This document shows positions 47,035 through 59,020 of a DNA stretch of 64,000 nt, piece after piece. Made by a program: the position numbers and the translations under genes. The notes below the pieces were generated by a model that was given only the letters and a program-made list of their open reading frames with translations, was not told where the DNA came from and made no database searches. This stretch comes from Hypanus sabinus (lineage: Eukaryota): contig NC_082721.1 in NCBI RefSeq assembly GCF_030144855.1, positions 20,212,001-20,276,000 on the forward strand, written 5' to 3'. The first letter of the stretch is position 1; each line of letters begins with the position of its first letter.

Positions 47035-47205
47035 ACAATAGGAGCATTCATGTCATGAGAACTAGAGTATGAAAGCAAGGATGTGATGCCGAGGCTTTAG
47101 AAGGCATTGGTCAGACTACACTTGGAGTATTGTGATCAGTTTTGGGCCCCTTATCTAAGAAAGGATGTGCTGGCCTTGAAGATGGTCCGGAGGAGGTTCG
47201 CAAGA
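47035..47205 (+). mobile_element. CR1 ORF2 fragment
   Basis: aaggcattggtcagactacacttggagtattgtg ([11 protein letters not shown]). Confidence 0.75.
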
Positions 47206-47221
47206 TTGGTTCTTCGAATGA

Positions 47222-48122
47222 TTTAAGTTTGCTGATGATACCACTATTATTGGCCCAATCAATCGAATCAGCATACAGGAGGAAGATTGATAATGTGACT
47301 GACTGGTGCCACAACAACAACAAGCTCTCATTCAATGTCAGCAAAACCAAGGAGCTTTGTTATTGGCTTCAGGAGGAGAAAACCGGAGATCTATGAGCCA
47401 ATCTGCTTTGGGGGATCAAAGGTAGGGGGGATCAGCAACTTTAAATTCCTCGGTGTTACCACTTCAGAGGATCTGTCCTGGGCCCAGCACGTAGGTGCCA
47501 TTATGAAGAAAGCACAGGAACACCTCTACTTCCTTAGAAGTTTGCGAAGATTCGGCATGCCATCAGGCTCTTGAACCAGAGGGGATGACATCACTCAACT
47601 TCACTTTCAAGGGCTTGTCATCTCATGCTCTCGCACGAGTGTCATCACAAAGAGGGCATGCAGCGCCTCTGGAGCACTACTACAAGAAAGCAGCATCCAT
47701 TATCAAACCACCCCCACCTGCCAAGCCTTGTACTCTTCTCTTTACCACCATCATGCAGGAGATGGAGAATGTTTATATCCCACCCCACCCCATTCAGGAA
47801 CAGTTATTACTCTGTAACGATCAAGCACCTGAACCAGTGAAATCATCTTCATTCACCTTCTCTGAACTGATTCTACAACCTGCAGACTCACTTCTCAGGG
47901 CTCTTTACAACTCTTTTTATTTTTAAGTGCATGGTTTGTCTTCCTTTGCGATTGGTGTTTGTCAGTCTTTATCTGTTTGTGTATAGTTATTGCTAAAATC
48001 TTTTTTGTATTTCTTTCCTCCTGTAAATAGCTGCAAGAAAGTGAATCTCAAGGTAGCATTTGGCTAACACACAGTATAAATACTTTGATAATAAATTCAC
48101 TCTATACTTTGAACTTGAACTG
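47222..48122 (+). mobile_element. Rex1/Babar RT and 3' end fragments
   Basis: KFADDT; WCHNNNKLSFNVSKTKEL; FKFLGVTTSEDLSW...KKAQEHLYFLRSLRRFGM; tttgaacttgaac tail. Confidence 0.88.
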
Positions 48123-48185
48123 TTCAAAGTTGCAGTCATATTAAGATAGGAGGATAGCCTATTTCTCTATTTTTATGCCACTATA

Positions 48186-48507
48186 AAGATGAAGATTAGT
48201 TTTATTTGTCATGTGTACATCAAAACATCAAAAGGGACAGTGAAATGTGTCAAATTAAATCAGCAAGGGTAATTTTGGGGACATGCCAGCAAATGTCACC
48301 ACGTTTCTGGCACCAATATAGCATGTCTACAACTTACTAACCCTAATCCATAGGTCTTTGGAATGTGGGAGGAAACCGGAGCACCCAGAAGAAACCGGGT
48401 ACAAACACGGATACAAACTCCCTACAGACCACAGCGGGAATCGAACCCTGAACTGCGATTGCCGGTGCTGTTAAGTGATAGTGCTAACTGCTATGCTATC
48501 GTGCTAT
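48186..48507 (-). mobile_element. V-SINE with alternative (Rex-type) tail
   Basis: reverse complement of the 28454-28752 family. Confidence 0.85.
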
Positions 48508-49344
48508 ACTCTGCACTCCTGTGCTGCCTTGCATTGGAATTCCTGATCGATTCTAAGATGGTCAACGTTGGCATGTGAGTAGCCATTGTTGATGGTTTGT
48601 GAGTAGCCATTGTTAATCTTGCTTCCAGCAAGATTAGATGAGACCTTGCAGCTCGGCAACTAAGCAACAACACTGCCAGGTTATCTGAGCGTGACTATTT
48701 TTATTTTGTCCTATGCGTGTGATGTGTAAGCAAGAACCTCTCATTGCCATTAGCCATGGCATGGCTAATCACAATACAAGCTCCAACATAAAAAGAATTG
48801 TAAGAATGCTCTTGATGCTACATTGGACCAAAAGCAACCTTCTTGTGACTTTTCTTGCACAAACCAAAATCAAACATGTGTCTTTATCCAGCATCAAGGT
48901 TTGTCTTTTGTTAACAGGTAGCAAAATGTTTACAAGGTTGGGTAGAAATTTAGTATGGGACTGGATACTTAGAAATGACTGGAGTTTAGCAATGCTTTCT
49001 GTCTGAGAGTGGTCTTCATTGTTTTCTTAATTGACTGCAGCCAATTTTCTCAGCTCTTAAATAAATTACTTTCTTTTGCACACAAATGCATTTTAAGCTC
49101 CACATTATCCTGATGCAATCTTCTAAACAATTTCCGCATCTGAAGGTTTTCATCCACTGTGGCTATTGCAATTAGAATTAATCCTAATTGCACAAACAAT
49201 GCTATATCTTTACAACACCTTATTCATTGTTGATTGGATTACCTTGGGCAACTATTTTATCTCATTGTGTAGCTCGGTTTGCAAGTATCTCCCCCTTCTC
49301 GTATTGACCCTATTCAGCCAGAAATAAATTTAGGACAGATCCAC

Positions 49345-49482
49345 CTAACACAAATAAGAGAAAAGCTGCAGATGCTGGAAATCCAAAGAATCCTCAGCCT
49401 GAAACGTCATCTCTACTCTTTTCCATAGATGCTGCCTGGCCTGCTGAGTTTCTCCAGAATTTTGTGTGTGTTGCTTAGATCC
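49345..49482. mobile_element. Penelope-like inverted end structure
   Basis: ctgcagatgctggaaatcc then cctgaaacgtc...tccatagatgctgcctggcctgctgag. Confidence 0.75.
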
Positions 49483-49589
49483 ATCTAAATCTAAATCTTG
49501 AGCTGTGGCACTATGGATATCACTTGCCATCCACAACCTATTGAAGGTTCACTTTATAACCTGTTCAGAGCCAGACAGTCTCATTACCT

Positions 49590-50760
49590 GATCATAGTGG
49601 TAGTGTGTGATCACTTGAGTCGAGTATGATGTTTTCTTAAGGGGTTGTCTATTCCCTTAATCACTTTGAGGCATTTTCACCTCTGCTCTATGGCATTCCT
49701 ATTTGTTTTGTTCTTGTTCTACCTGAGTTTTCAGTGTATTGGTAGTAGAGGTTCACAGTGAATCAACCCAGCATTTGATTCTGTACGAATATCAAGTTTG
49801 TGTGCTTTGATGTCCATATATTGTATGATTCTTTGAATAATCCTTCAGAATCTTTTGCTGAAACTGGCATAAACACAACGGTGAACTATTTGCATTAACT
49901 ATACATTTCTGATCTACTCCAAATCTCTTCAACCAAGCTCTTCCAAGCCAAGTTCACACATATCTCCACTACAAACTTGTACAAAAGTACAAACAGTACT
50001 TTTGCCTTTTGTTAATTAAAGATGACTGCACATTCCACTTATTCCAGTATCATCACCACCTAATATTTGAGCCACCAGTGCATGGGATCAAAAGAAGGTT
50101 GTAGACTCAGTCAGATGCATCATGGCCACAAGCTCTATCATCAGGGACATTTTCAAAGGCAATGCCTCAAGAAGATGGCATCTGACTGCCTGACACAAGC
50201 TTTCTTCTCATTGCTACCATCAGACAGTAGGCACAGCAGCCCAAAGACCCACACTCAATGTTTTAGGAACAGCTTCTTCTCCTCTACCATCAGATTTCTG
50301 AATAATACTTGAACCCATGAACATTACCTCCTCGTTCCTTTTTTGCACTATTTATTTTTTGTTGTAACATATTAATTTTTGGTTTTGCACTGTACTGCTT
50401 CCACAAAACAACAAATTCCATGACATACTTTGGTGGTAATGAACCTCATCCTGATTCCCAAGATCTTACCAGAGCGCATTCTCAATCTAACATGCTTCTG
50501 GCTCAACCTCTGGCCACATGTATCCCTTTTCATAATGAAGGAGTCTGTGGCTCTGTCAGTAATCATGACTTGATTAATTTTCATTCTAATTTTGAAATTG
50601 CTAATTGTCTTTTTTATCACCGCTTGCAATGAATGTGCCGAGAAAACTGCACACCTTGCGTGCTTCATTCATCTCAAAGTTGTGTAGACCTGCTTTCAAT
50701 GGTTTTATCACTGGTTAACGTCCACCTCTTAGGTTTGCTGTACGCTGCCTGGGTCTGCCT
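49590..50760 (-). mobile_element. Very decayed RTE-like LINE split by a Rex 3' end (50065-50458, plus strand)
   Basis: CAVFSAHSLQ-like RT remnant on minus; Rex insert FSLLPSDSR...FRNSFFSSTIRFLN is clear. Confidence 0.5.
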
Positions 50761-50920
50761 GCAGAGGCTGTAAGCTGTTGTTTTCCTTAAACATATATTC
50801 AAGGAAGAGATGTGGATTGTGCAGGCGAGCCAGCATTAATCACTCATCCTTAGTTGCCCATGGGAAGGCAGTGGTGAGTTGCCTCTTGAACCACTGCAAT
50901 CCTTGAGGTGTGGATAAATC

Positions 50921-51139
50921 TGTGGTGAACTACATATACCTGTCTGGACACGCCCCCCCCCCCCCACCCACTGACTGCTCCTGTGGCTCCTCCCACAGAC
51001 CCCTGTATAAAAGCGATTGGAGCCTGAGCCCTGTCCTCAGTCTCCAGGATGTAGTGTGGTGGTCAATTGCTGCTTGTTCTTTCTTCCAGCCAATAAAAGC
51101 CGATATCTTGCGGCTCAAAGAGTTATTGATGGTGCATCA
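50921..51139 (+). mobile_element. Solo LTR (219 bp)
   Basis: TG...CA ends; TSD aaatc at 50916-20 and 51140-44; TATAAAA at 51006; AATAAA at 51092. Confidence 0.88.
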
Positions 51140-51155
51140 AAATCTATAATGCTGT

Positions 51156-52422
51156 TAGAACATATAGTAGGACGTAGAACATTACAGTACAGTACAGGCC
51201 TTTGGCCTTGGATACTGAGCTTTTAATCTACTGTAAATCAATCAAAGCCTTCCCTCCTACATAGCCCTCCATCTTAATATCATCTATGTGCCTACCGAAG
51301 AGTTTCTCTCCAGGCTCATATGCAAACTTGGCTTGTTAGCCAGCTCTGCTAACAGCTACGTGGCCCAGTGGCGAGATTGCCACCTTTCATAAATAGTGTA
51401 TGTCTAGGGTCAGTGTGATTTGTCTAGGGTCAGCAGGAATGTTGTGATGTTCTGATTAAAGAAACCTCTATTTGAGCGAATGCTGTGTAAATACTGCCCG
51501 TACACGATTATCGATCAGCAGGAAATAACAGATAGTACACTGCATAAATCTATAAAGAAAGTATGTTTACAAATTTCAGCTTTATGGAACAGTTAGCAGG
51601 AAAACGAAAGGAAAGAATAGTAAAAGGGCCCACTTCTGTTAACCCAGTCCAAATGTGCACATTTTGGAGCTCGTCTTGAAGCTGTTCTTTTCACTCATGC
51701 ACTGTGCTCACAGTCTGTACGAAAACTCACACCAGATTCCGAACTTTGCTCAAAATCTATCTCGAACAAATGGGCTCTCTCGCGGGCCTTCCTCTTTGGA
51801 GCCATTCATCTGCACCGTGCAACGAGGATGCTCCTTCCCATGGTATTCTCACCCATCTTCCCTCCTGGCCTCTCCGCCGTTCCCACCAAAAAGACCACAA
51901 ACCCCGCCGATGTCCATCACTAATCTCTCTCCACCTAGCTCTCTCTAGATCCTTCTCCTAACTCCTCCATCCTGACTGGCTGACACAACATTCCTAAGTT
52001 GGACATTATAGCCCTTTACTTTCAGCCGAAGCCAACCCGTTCCATCAGCAGAACACTCTGCTTTTTCAGAAGCGGCTAAAATGAAGTATCTATAGCATAA
52101 CAGTAGAAATCTTAATGAGGGCACTACACTTAAACGTTCCTAATGTTTCTGTCTCTACACCACCCCTAGCAGAGCGTTCCATGCACGAACAACTCCCTGT
52201 GTAATAAAAACTTAACTTGGACATATCCCCCCCACCCCATAATCTTCTCCAATCACTTTAAAATTCTACCCACCTCATATTAACAATTTCCACTCTGGAA
52301 AAAGTCACTGGCTGCTGGCTTGATCTATGCCTCTTATCATCTTGTACATCTCTATCAAGTGACCTCCCATCCGTCTTCGTTCCAGAGAGACAAGCCCTCG
52401 CTTGCTCAACCTATCCTCATAA
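51156..52422 (-). mobile_element. CR1 3' end split at ~51308-52128
   Basis: tail at 51156-51307 continues cttaaacgttcctaatg at 52129. Confidence 0.8.
51308..52128 (-). mobile_element. Probable LTR-type insertion
   Basis: cleanly interrupts CR1; right end ...gcactACA (TGTAGTGC on minus); no TSD or left terminus identified. Confidence 0.45.
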
Positions 52423-52433
52423 TAGATGAAATA

Positions 52434-53452
52434 AATTGAATTGAATTGACTTTATTACTTACATCTTTCAAATACATGAGGAGTAAAAATCTTTATGCTA
52501 CATCTCCTTTCAAATGTTCAATTATAGTAATTTATAATAAATATTATGTACAACAGGGTAGTCAATATAACATAGAAATACAGTAGCGTCAGCATGAATT
52601 AATCAGTCTGATGGCCTGATGGAAGAAGTTGTCCCGGAGCCTGTTGGTCCTGGTCTTTATGCTGCGGTACCATTTCCCAGATGGTAGCAGCTGGAACAGT
52701 TTGTGGTTCGAGTGACTCAGGTCCTCAATGATCCTTCAGGCCCTTTTTACACACCTGTCTTTGTCAATGTTCTGAAAAATGGGAAGTTCACATCTACAGA
52801 TGTGCTGGGCTCTCTGCAGAGTTTTGCGATTAAGGGAAGTACAGTTCCCATTACCAGGCAGTGATGTAACCAGTCAGGATGCTCTCAATCATGCCCCTGT
52901 TGAACATTCTTAGAATTTGGGGGGCCATACCAAACTTCTTCAACCACTTGAGGTGAAAGAGGTGCTGTTGTGCCTTTTTCACCACACAGCTGGTGTGTAC
53001 AGACCACGTGAGATCCTCGGTGATGTTTATGCCGAGGAACTTAAAGCTGTTCACCCTCTCAACCCCAGATTCATTAATGTCTACAGGGGTTAGCCTGTCT
53101 CCATTCCTCCTGTAGTTCACAACCAGCTCCTTTGTCTTTGCGACGTTGAGGGAGAGGTTGTTTTCTTGACACCACTGTGTCAGGGTGATGACTTCTCTGT
53201 AGGCTGCCTCATTATTATTTGAGATAAGGCCAATCAATGTAGACTCATCAGCAAATTTGATTAGCAGATTGGAGTTGTGGGTGGCAACACTGTCATGGGT
53301 ATACAGAGAGTAAAGGAGGGGGCTTAGTACACAGCTCTGAGGGACTCCTGTGCTGAGAGTCAGAGGGGTAGAAGTGAGAGTGCCCATTCTTCCAAACGCC
53401 GGTGATCTGACAGGAAGTCCAGGATTGAGCTGCACAAGGCAAGGTGAAGGCT
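52434..53452 (-). mobile_element. Rex1/Babar LINE RT to 3' end
   Basis: ORF 52851-53435 TGVPQSCVLSPLLYSLYT...KFADESTLIGLI...LNVAKTKEL...KKAQQHLFHL. Confidence 0.93.
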
Positions 53453-53631
53453 ACTGTGTCTATGCATCACCACTGGATTGAGTGCATGTTTGCACATGAG
53501 GGCCTATTAAGCAAATTGGCGTGTTCTGCATGGTATCAAGCTATCTTAGGTATCATTGAAGCTGCATCATCCAGGCAAGTAGAAAGCATACCATCACATT
53601 CCTGGATTGAGCCTTGAAGATAGTGGACACA

Positions 53632-54205
53632 AAGTTCAAAGTGTATTTATTATCCAAGTATGTATGCTGCATACAACCTAGAGATTCATGTTACAGGCAG
53701 TCACGATACAAAAGAAAACAATAGAAGCCATTAAAAATCTTATAGAGCAAAGACCGTCAAATGCCCAGTGTGTGGAAAGAAAATAACAAATCGTGCAAAC
53801 AATAAAAAGTATACAATTAACGCATTGCACAGTCCCTAAAAGTGAGTCCGCAGCCACAGAGCAAGTTCAGTGCTGAGGCAAGTGAAGACAGGTCAGGAAC
53901 CCAATGCCGGCAGGCCACAGCCGCAGAGTGAGTTCAGCGCTGAGGTGAAGAAGCCAGTTGAGGAGCCTGCTGGCTGCAGGCTGTAGCTGCTGCTCGGTTC
54001 TGCGCTGAGACAAGCGCCGACGGGGGCAGACCTCAGCTGCAGAGTCAGTTCAGCCCTGAGGCACTTGATCAGATCAAGCAAACAGTAGAACAAAAAATCA
54101 AAGACATACGGAAATGAACTGCAGAGTCCTCGAAAGTGAGTCCACAGCTGGGGAGCCTGTTCAGTGCTGAGTTGAGTGATGCCCGTAGTGGAGTTAAGAG
54201 CTGAA
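53632..54205 (-). mobile_element. Non-autonomous retroposon with internal repeats
   Basis: aagttcaaag...tacaacctagagattc...acaggcag head; five gttcag(t/c)gctgag-like motifs. Confidence 0.65.
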
Positions 54206-54232
54206 ATGTTCTGCTGGTCTTGATCTGATATA

Positions 54233-54766
54233 CACTCAGTAGCCACTAATAAAATGGTCACTGAGCGTATGCTCGTGGTCTTCTGCTGCAGTAGCCTACC
54301 GCATGAAAGTTGATGGGTTGTGCATTAAGAGGTGCTATTCTGCACATCACTGTTGAAATGCACGGTTACTTGAGTTACTATCACTTTCCTGTCAGCCCGA
54401 ACCTGTCTGGCCATTCTCCTCTGGCCACTCTCATTAGCAAGGTATTTTTGCTCACAGAACTGCCGTTCACTGGACGTGCTTAGTTTTTTTTGCACCATTC
54501 TCTGTAAACTCTAGAGACTGTAGTGCATGAAAATTCCAAGAGTTCAGACATACTCAAACCACCCCAACTGGCACCAACAATAGTCAAAGTCACCTTGATC
54601 ACATTTCTTCCCCATTCTAATGTTTCTGAGGTTTGAACAGCAACTGAACCTCTTGACCATGCCCACATGCATTTATGCACCGAGTTGCTGCCACATGACT
54701 GGCTAATTAGATACGTGCGTTAATGAGCAGATGTACAGAAATACCCAATAATGTGGCCACTGAGTG
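54233..54766 (-). mobile_element. Tc1-derived element, TA-flanked
   Basis: TIRs at both ends; IVGASWGGLSMSELLEFSCTTVSRVYREWC remnant. Confidence 0.88.
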
Positions 54767-55609
54767 TATTTACACTGAATGAGTCCCGTCACAGTAGCAG
54801 CAGAGATTCTCACCCATCTCCTCTGTACATCACTCAGATGTATGTGACCTGACTTGATGTTCGAGCTCCTATCATTTCTCTTTCCGTTATTACAAATACT
54901 GTGTTTACAATGATGTTCAGTACTGCCTGATATTCCTTCATGTTTCACACATTGACAGTTTTCATCCCCTTGCATGCTAAATTTTGAGTGTTAGGTAATG
55001 CCTCATTTGTTAGTTCAAACAAAGCCATCACATGGTGCGCAGTCCACCAAATTTCTCTGCCATGTCTGACATTTCAGAGCAACTACAGCATTGCTAACTA
55101 TTCCTACTGGCTTTTGCTTTGGGCTCCAAATTTATAGTCTTCCACAATCTCTGGTCAGTTGGTTTGAAGTGATTTTTTTAAAAAAAGTTATGTATTACTT
55201 TGTTAAATGAGACGTCAATTGCCAAGCAAATCTCTCAATATTGCAATTGGTATCTGGCCTTATTTCCACCGATGAGATCATCTTCTAACATTTGAGTTCA
55301 ATTTCAATCTCTTTTTATTCCTTACTCTGTATTTTAATAGTTTCAATGGTCCAACAAAACATTTCCATCCTTCTGAGATAGAAATAGAACTCAGCACCTT
55401 GTCACAAGCGCTGAAGTTTCCAACATAACAAGTTTGTGACTGTCTTGTCATTACATATTGTCTATCATTTTGATAATTACCAGACTTGACTTTTTATCCA
55501 CTCTCAATGTTTCATCTGCTATTTTCCACCTCCTTGTCTTTCGCAGTAATTAATCTTCAGATTCACAGACTCACTCTTCCAACCTAGTTATTCAGTCACT
55601 TAATGTTTT

Positions 55610-55817
55610 TGATTTATTTTAACCTAATCACGGGACAATTTACAATGACCAATTAACCTACTGACCTGTAGGCCTTTGAGAGGAAACCAAAGCACCTGGA
55701 AGAGACCCACATGGTCACAGGAGAACATACAACTCCTTACAGGCAACAGTGGGAATTGAACCTGGGTCGGCTGTACTGTAAAGCAGTGTGCTAACCACTA
55801 CGATGCCGTGGTGCCCC
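55610..55817 (-). mobile_element. V-SINE
   Basis: ggacaatttacaatgaccaattaacc...gagaacatacaactcc. Confidence 0.82.
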
Positions 55818-55924
55818 TGTAAAGTGTGTGTGAAAATCGATGCATCTAGACCTTTACACATATGTATAGATATGAAACGGGAGGAGCTAACAATGTGAGT
55901 ACTTGCTGTTTGTATGTGTGTGTA

Positions 55925-56002
55925 CACTCACTGGCCACTTTATTATATATTTGCATTAACGAGCAGGTGTACCACTGTGCCTAATAAAGAAACTACTGAG
56001 TA
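55925..56002. mobile_element. Tc1 mini-derivative (MITE)
   Basis: TA-cactcactggccactttatta...cctaataaag...ctgagta. Confidence 0.7.
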
Positions 56003-56219
56003 TGTGTGCATGCTTGCGTGTATGTGAGTACATGTGTCTCTATGAGCTCTTCACAGACTGCCACAGGAACTTTCTGTAAACATTGTGGCCAGAAAGCAGT
56101 TGATTATTCACAATTCGGAAAGGATGATAACTTTAAAATAATAACAATCATTTACAATAAATGCTATGTATACACTACTATAATTAATTTTACATTTAGT
56201 AGTTATACTATGTTCCTGG

Positions 56220-56545
56220 AGTCATATAACACTACAGCATAGAAATAGGCCCTTCGGCCTCTCTAGTCCATACTGAACTATTATTCTAGATAGTCCTACT
56301 GCCCTGCACCTAGACTGCAGCCCTCCATAACCCTCCTACTGGTGTACCTATCCAAATTTCCTGCGATCAAACCCGTATCCATCACTTCCACAGGAAGCTC
56401 AATCTGCTCTCTCACCACTCTGAGTGAAGAAGTTCCCCCACATGTTCCCCTTAACTCATGGTCTCTAGTCTAGTCTCACCTGGCCTCGGTGAAAGAAGCC
56501 TGCTTGTATTTTTACCCTATCTATACCCCTCGTACTACTTTGCAG
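56220..56545 (-). mobile_element. CR1 3' end (older)
   Basis: acactacagcatagaaataggcccttcggcc...accactctgagtgaagaagttcccc. Confidence 0.8.
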
Positions 56546-56601
56546 ATACTCAACAGAAATGATCAAACTCAGTCTGCCTCCAAGCCATATATCAGAATAT
56601 C

Positions 56602-57153
56602 ACCATATAACCATATAACAATTACCGCACGGAAACAGGCTCATCTCGGCCCTTCTCGTCTGTGCCGAACGCTTACTCTCACCTAGTCCCACCGACCTGC
56701 ACTCAGCCCATAACCCTCCATTCCTTTCCTGTCCATATACCTATCCAATTTTTTTTAAATGACCATATCGAACCTGCCTCTTACCACTTCTACTGTAAGC
56801 TCGTTCCACACAGCTACCACTCTCTGAGTAAATAAGTTCCCCCTCGTGTTACCCCTAAACTTTTGCCCCTTAACTCTCAACTCATGTCCTCTTGTTTGAA
56901 TGTCCCCTACTCTCAATGGAAAAAGCCTATCCATGTCAACTCTATCTATCCCCCTCATAATTTTAAATACCTCTATCAAGTCCCCCCTCAACCTTCTACA
57001 CGCCAAAGAATAAAGACCTAACTTGTTCAACCTTTCTCTGTAACTTATGTGCTGAATCCCAGGTAACATTCTAGTAAATCTCCTCTGTACTCTCTCTATT
57101 TTGTTGACATCTTTCCTACAATTCGGTGACCAGAACTGTACACAATACTCCAA
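56602..57153 (-). mobile_element. Young CR1 3' end, (ATATGGTT)n-tail family
   Basis: LEYCVQFWSP...ERVQRRFTRMLPG...RRLRGDLIEVFKIMRG; highly similar to 20396-20836. Confidence 0.93.
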
Positions 57154-57159
57154 ATAATA

Positions 57160-57395
57160 TGTTAGGAAAGGGTTATCAAAGAACTCATTTTCGAAGAGAA
57201 TGTTTAAAAAAAAGGAAGAATGGGTGAAGAGGCAGAAGTATTTAAAGGGGGAATTCCAAGTAAATTTAAAAGCAAAGCCAATGTTGGAGCAATCACTAGA
57301 GGTGAAGAGATGACAGCTTGTTGCAAGGACTGAGGGAATTTCAATGGGCAGAGAGCAGTAAGACCATGAAGGAATTTGAAAATGGGGATAAACCC
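57160..57395 (-). mobile_element. Decayed L2-like fragment
   Basis: gaggcagaagtatttaaagggggaattcca...ccaatgttggagc...gaccatgaaggaatttgaaaa. Confidence 0.45.
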
Positions 57396-58599
57396 CCAAT
57401 CTGGGCTTTGAGGCAACAGCTTCTCCAGCTACATTAACTGTGATGCCCACTAATGATTTATTCCTGCTATGTCCAATCTATTGACCACTTCACCATAAGA
57501 ATATATTGAGATTATTTAACAAATGTTATCCTTAAATTTCGCTTTATTTCTGCTTAAAGGTGCCTCATTTGACTATGTATAGATGGCATATGTACAGTAC
57601 CTTCTATCAGGAACTTCAGAGAGTGTAGCTTTCAAATTCAGCAAATTTCTGCCTTGTACAGGTTTTGATTAATTTGTCTCATCAAAAGAGATTTATGTGG
57701 AGTCACGCCAATTGCTTTGAAGAGGTAACCAGACAAAGATGGTTAGAATCCTATCCTAAACCTCCCTCACCACCCAGCCTTCCCCACATCAGTACTAATT
57801 TTGGACATGCACTGACAGATTATGAAAACTGACCCAAGTGGTAAATCTTTTCTGATTGTTCCAGAATTAGAGAATGATGGATGACTGCTTTCAAGCAAAG
57901 GTCAGGTTTAAGTCGACTAAACACAATTCTCATGTAATCCTTTCCAGCCTTGGGCAACAGCTGACCCTTTGGTTGTGACATTCCCAGCACAGCACACATG
58001 GAACTGAAATTTCACACAGAGAACTGTATAATGTAATTGGACAGCGGCAGATTTGTGTGTTCAACGGTTGGTTTTCTAATCTGACAAGTTCCCTGATATG
58101 CAAGTCTCAACACGCACACACCCTCGTACACAGCGTCAGTTTATTAAAAACAATGGGGACTAGAGTCTGTAAAACTCAGTAAATTATTGACCAACTCATT
58201 TACTTTTGTGGAAACCACTGCAAATGAGCTGTCAAGTGGTAGACTTCTGTCTGAAAACTTTAACTGTTTGAGTTCTGAAGCTATTTCCCTGAGAACATGT
58301 GATAATAGAATTGTGGAACTGGGGAAAATAACAGTAAAGAAGGCCGTTGCTTCTAACAAAGACTGTCACTGCTGCAAATATTCATTTATCTATTGGTGCT
58401 TTAATACAGACATGTTAAATTCGGTTTCAGAGTCGGTCCTATTGCCTTCAATAGAAATGCGTTTCAAAATTAGCGTTCAGCATGGATCAATGCAAAATAC
58501 AATGACAAATTTCTCTGGTCTCAATTAATTGGGCCTAGAAGCTTGATTTCACCAATTTTTACTCTAAATGGGCGGTATGGTCTGCCTAAACACCAAGCC

Positions 58600-59020
58600 A
58601 AGTGTCACTGCCCTGTGGTGCTGGGCACAGTATCAGCAATCCAGGTTCAATTCACACAGGTGGCTGTAAGGACAATAGACAAAAGACAATAGGTGCAGAA
58701 GTAGACCATTCGGCCCTTCAAGCCTGCACCGCCATTCTGAGATCCTACTATCAATACCCGGTTCCTGCCTTGTCCCCATATCCCTTGATTCCCCTATTCA
58801 TAATATACCTAAGTTTGTACATTTCTCCCCATGATCTCATGGACTTCCTCTGTTTGCTCTGGTTTCCTCCCACAGTCCAAAGACTGTTGGTAGGTTAATT
58901 AGTCATTACAAATTGTCCTGTGATTAGGCTAGGGTTAAATCTAGCGTTGCAGGGTAGCATGGCTTGAAGGGCCGGGAGGCCTAATGCACGCTGTATCTCA
59001 ACGAACAAATAAATAAATAA
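58600..59020 (+). mobile_element. V-SINE with an antisense CR1 tail inserted (58671-58811)
   Basis: ctgtaagg|...|agtttgtacatttctcccc; insert has the gacaatagac tail of the 11820 family. Confidence 0.82.

Larger units (their letters stand above)
50828..53630 (-). mobile_element. Old CR1/L2-group LINE fragmented by later insertions (50828-50920, 51145-51158, 53453-53630)
   Basis: pieces collinear with 63180-63700. Confidence 0.6.

Noticed and set aside
48574-48614. 17-bp direct repeat tgtgagtagccattgtt x2
   Set aside because: Two copies only; ordinary slippage duplication.
53865-54171. CRISPR-like repeat-spacer pattern
   Set aside because: Repeats are 13 bp, degenerate and unevenly spaced, inside a eukaryotic retroposon, with no cas genes.
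56755-57450. 231-aa ORF as a host or domesticated gene
   Set aside because: Chance fusion of decayed flank to a 5'-truncated CR1 ORF2 C-terminus that is itself frameshifted near its end.
58187-58528. 113-aa ORF in unique DNA
   Set aside because: Non-ATG start, no recognisable domain and no splice context.
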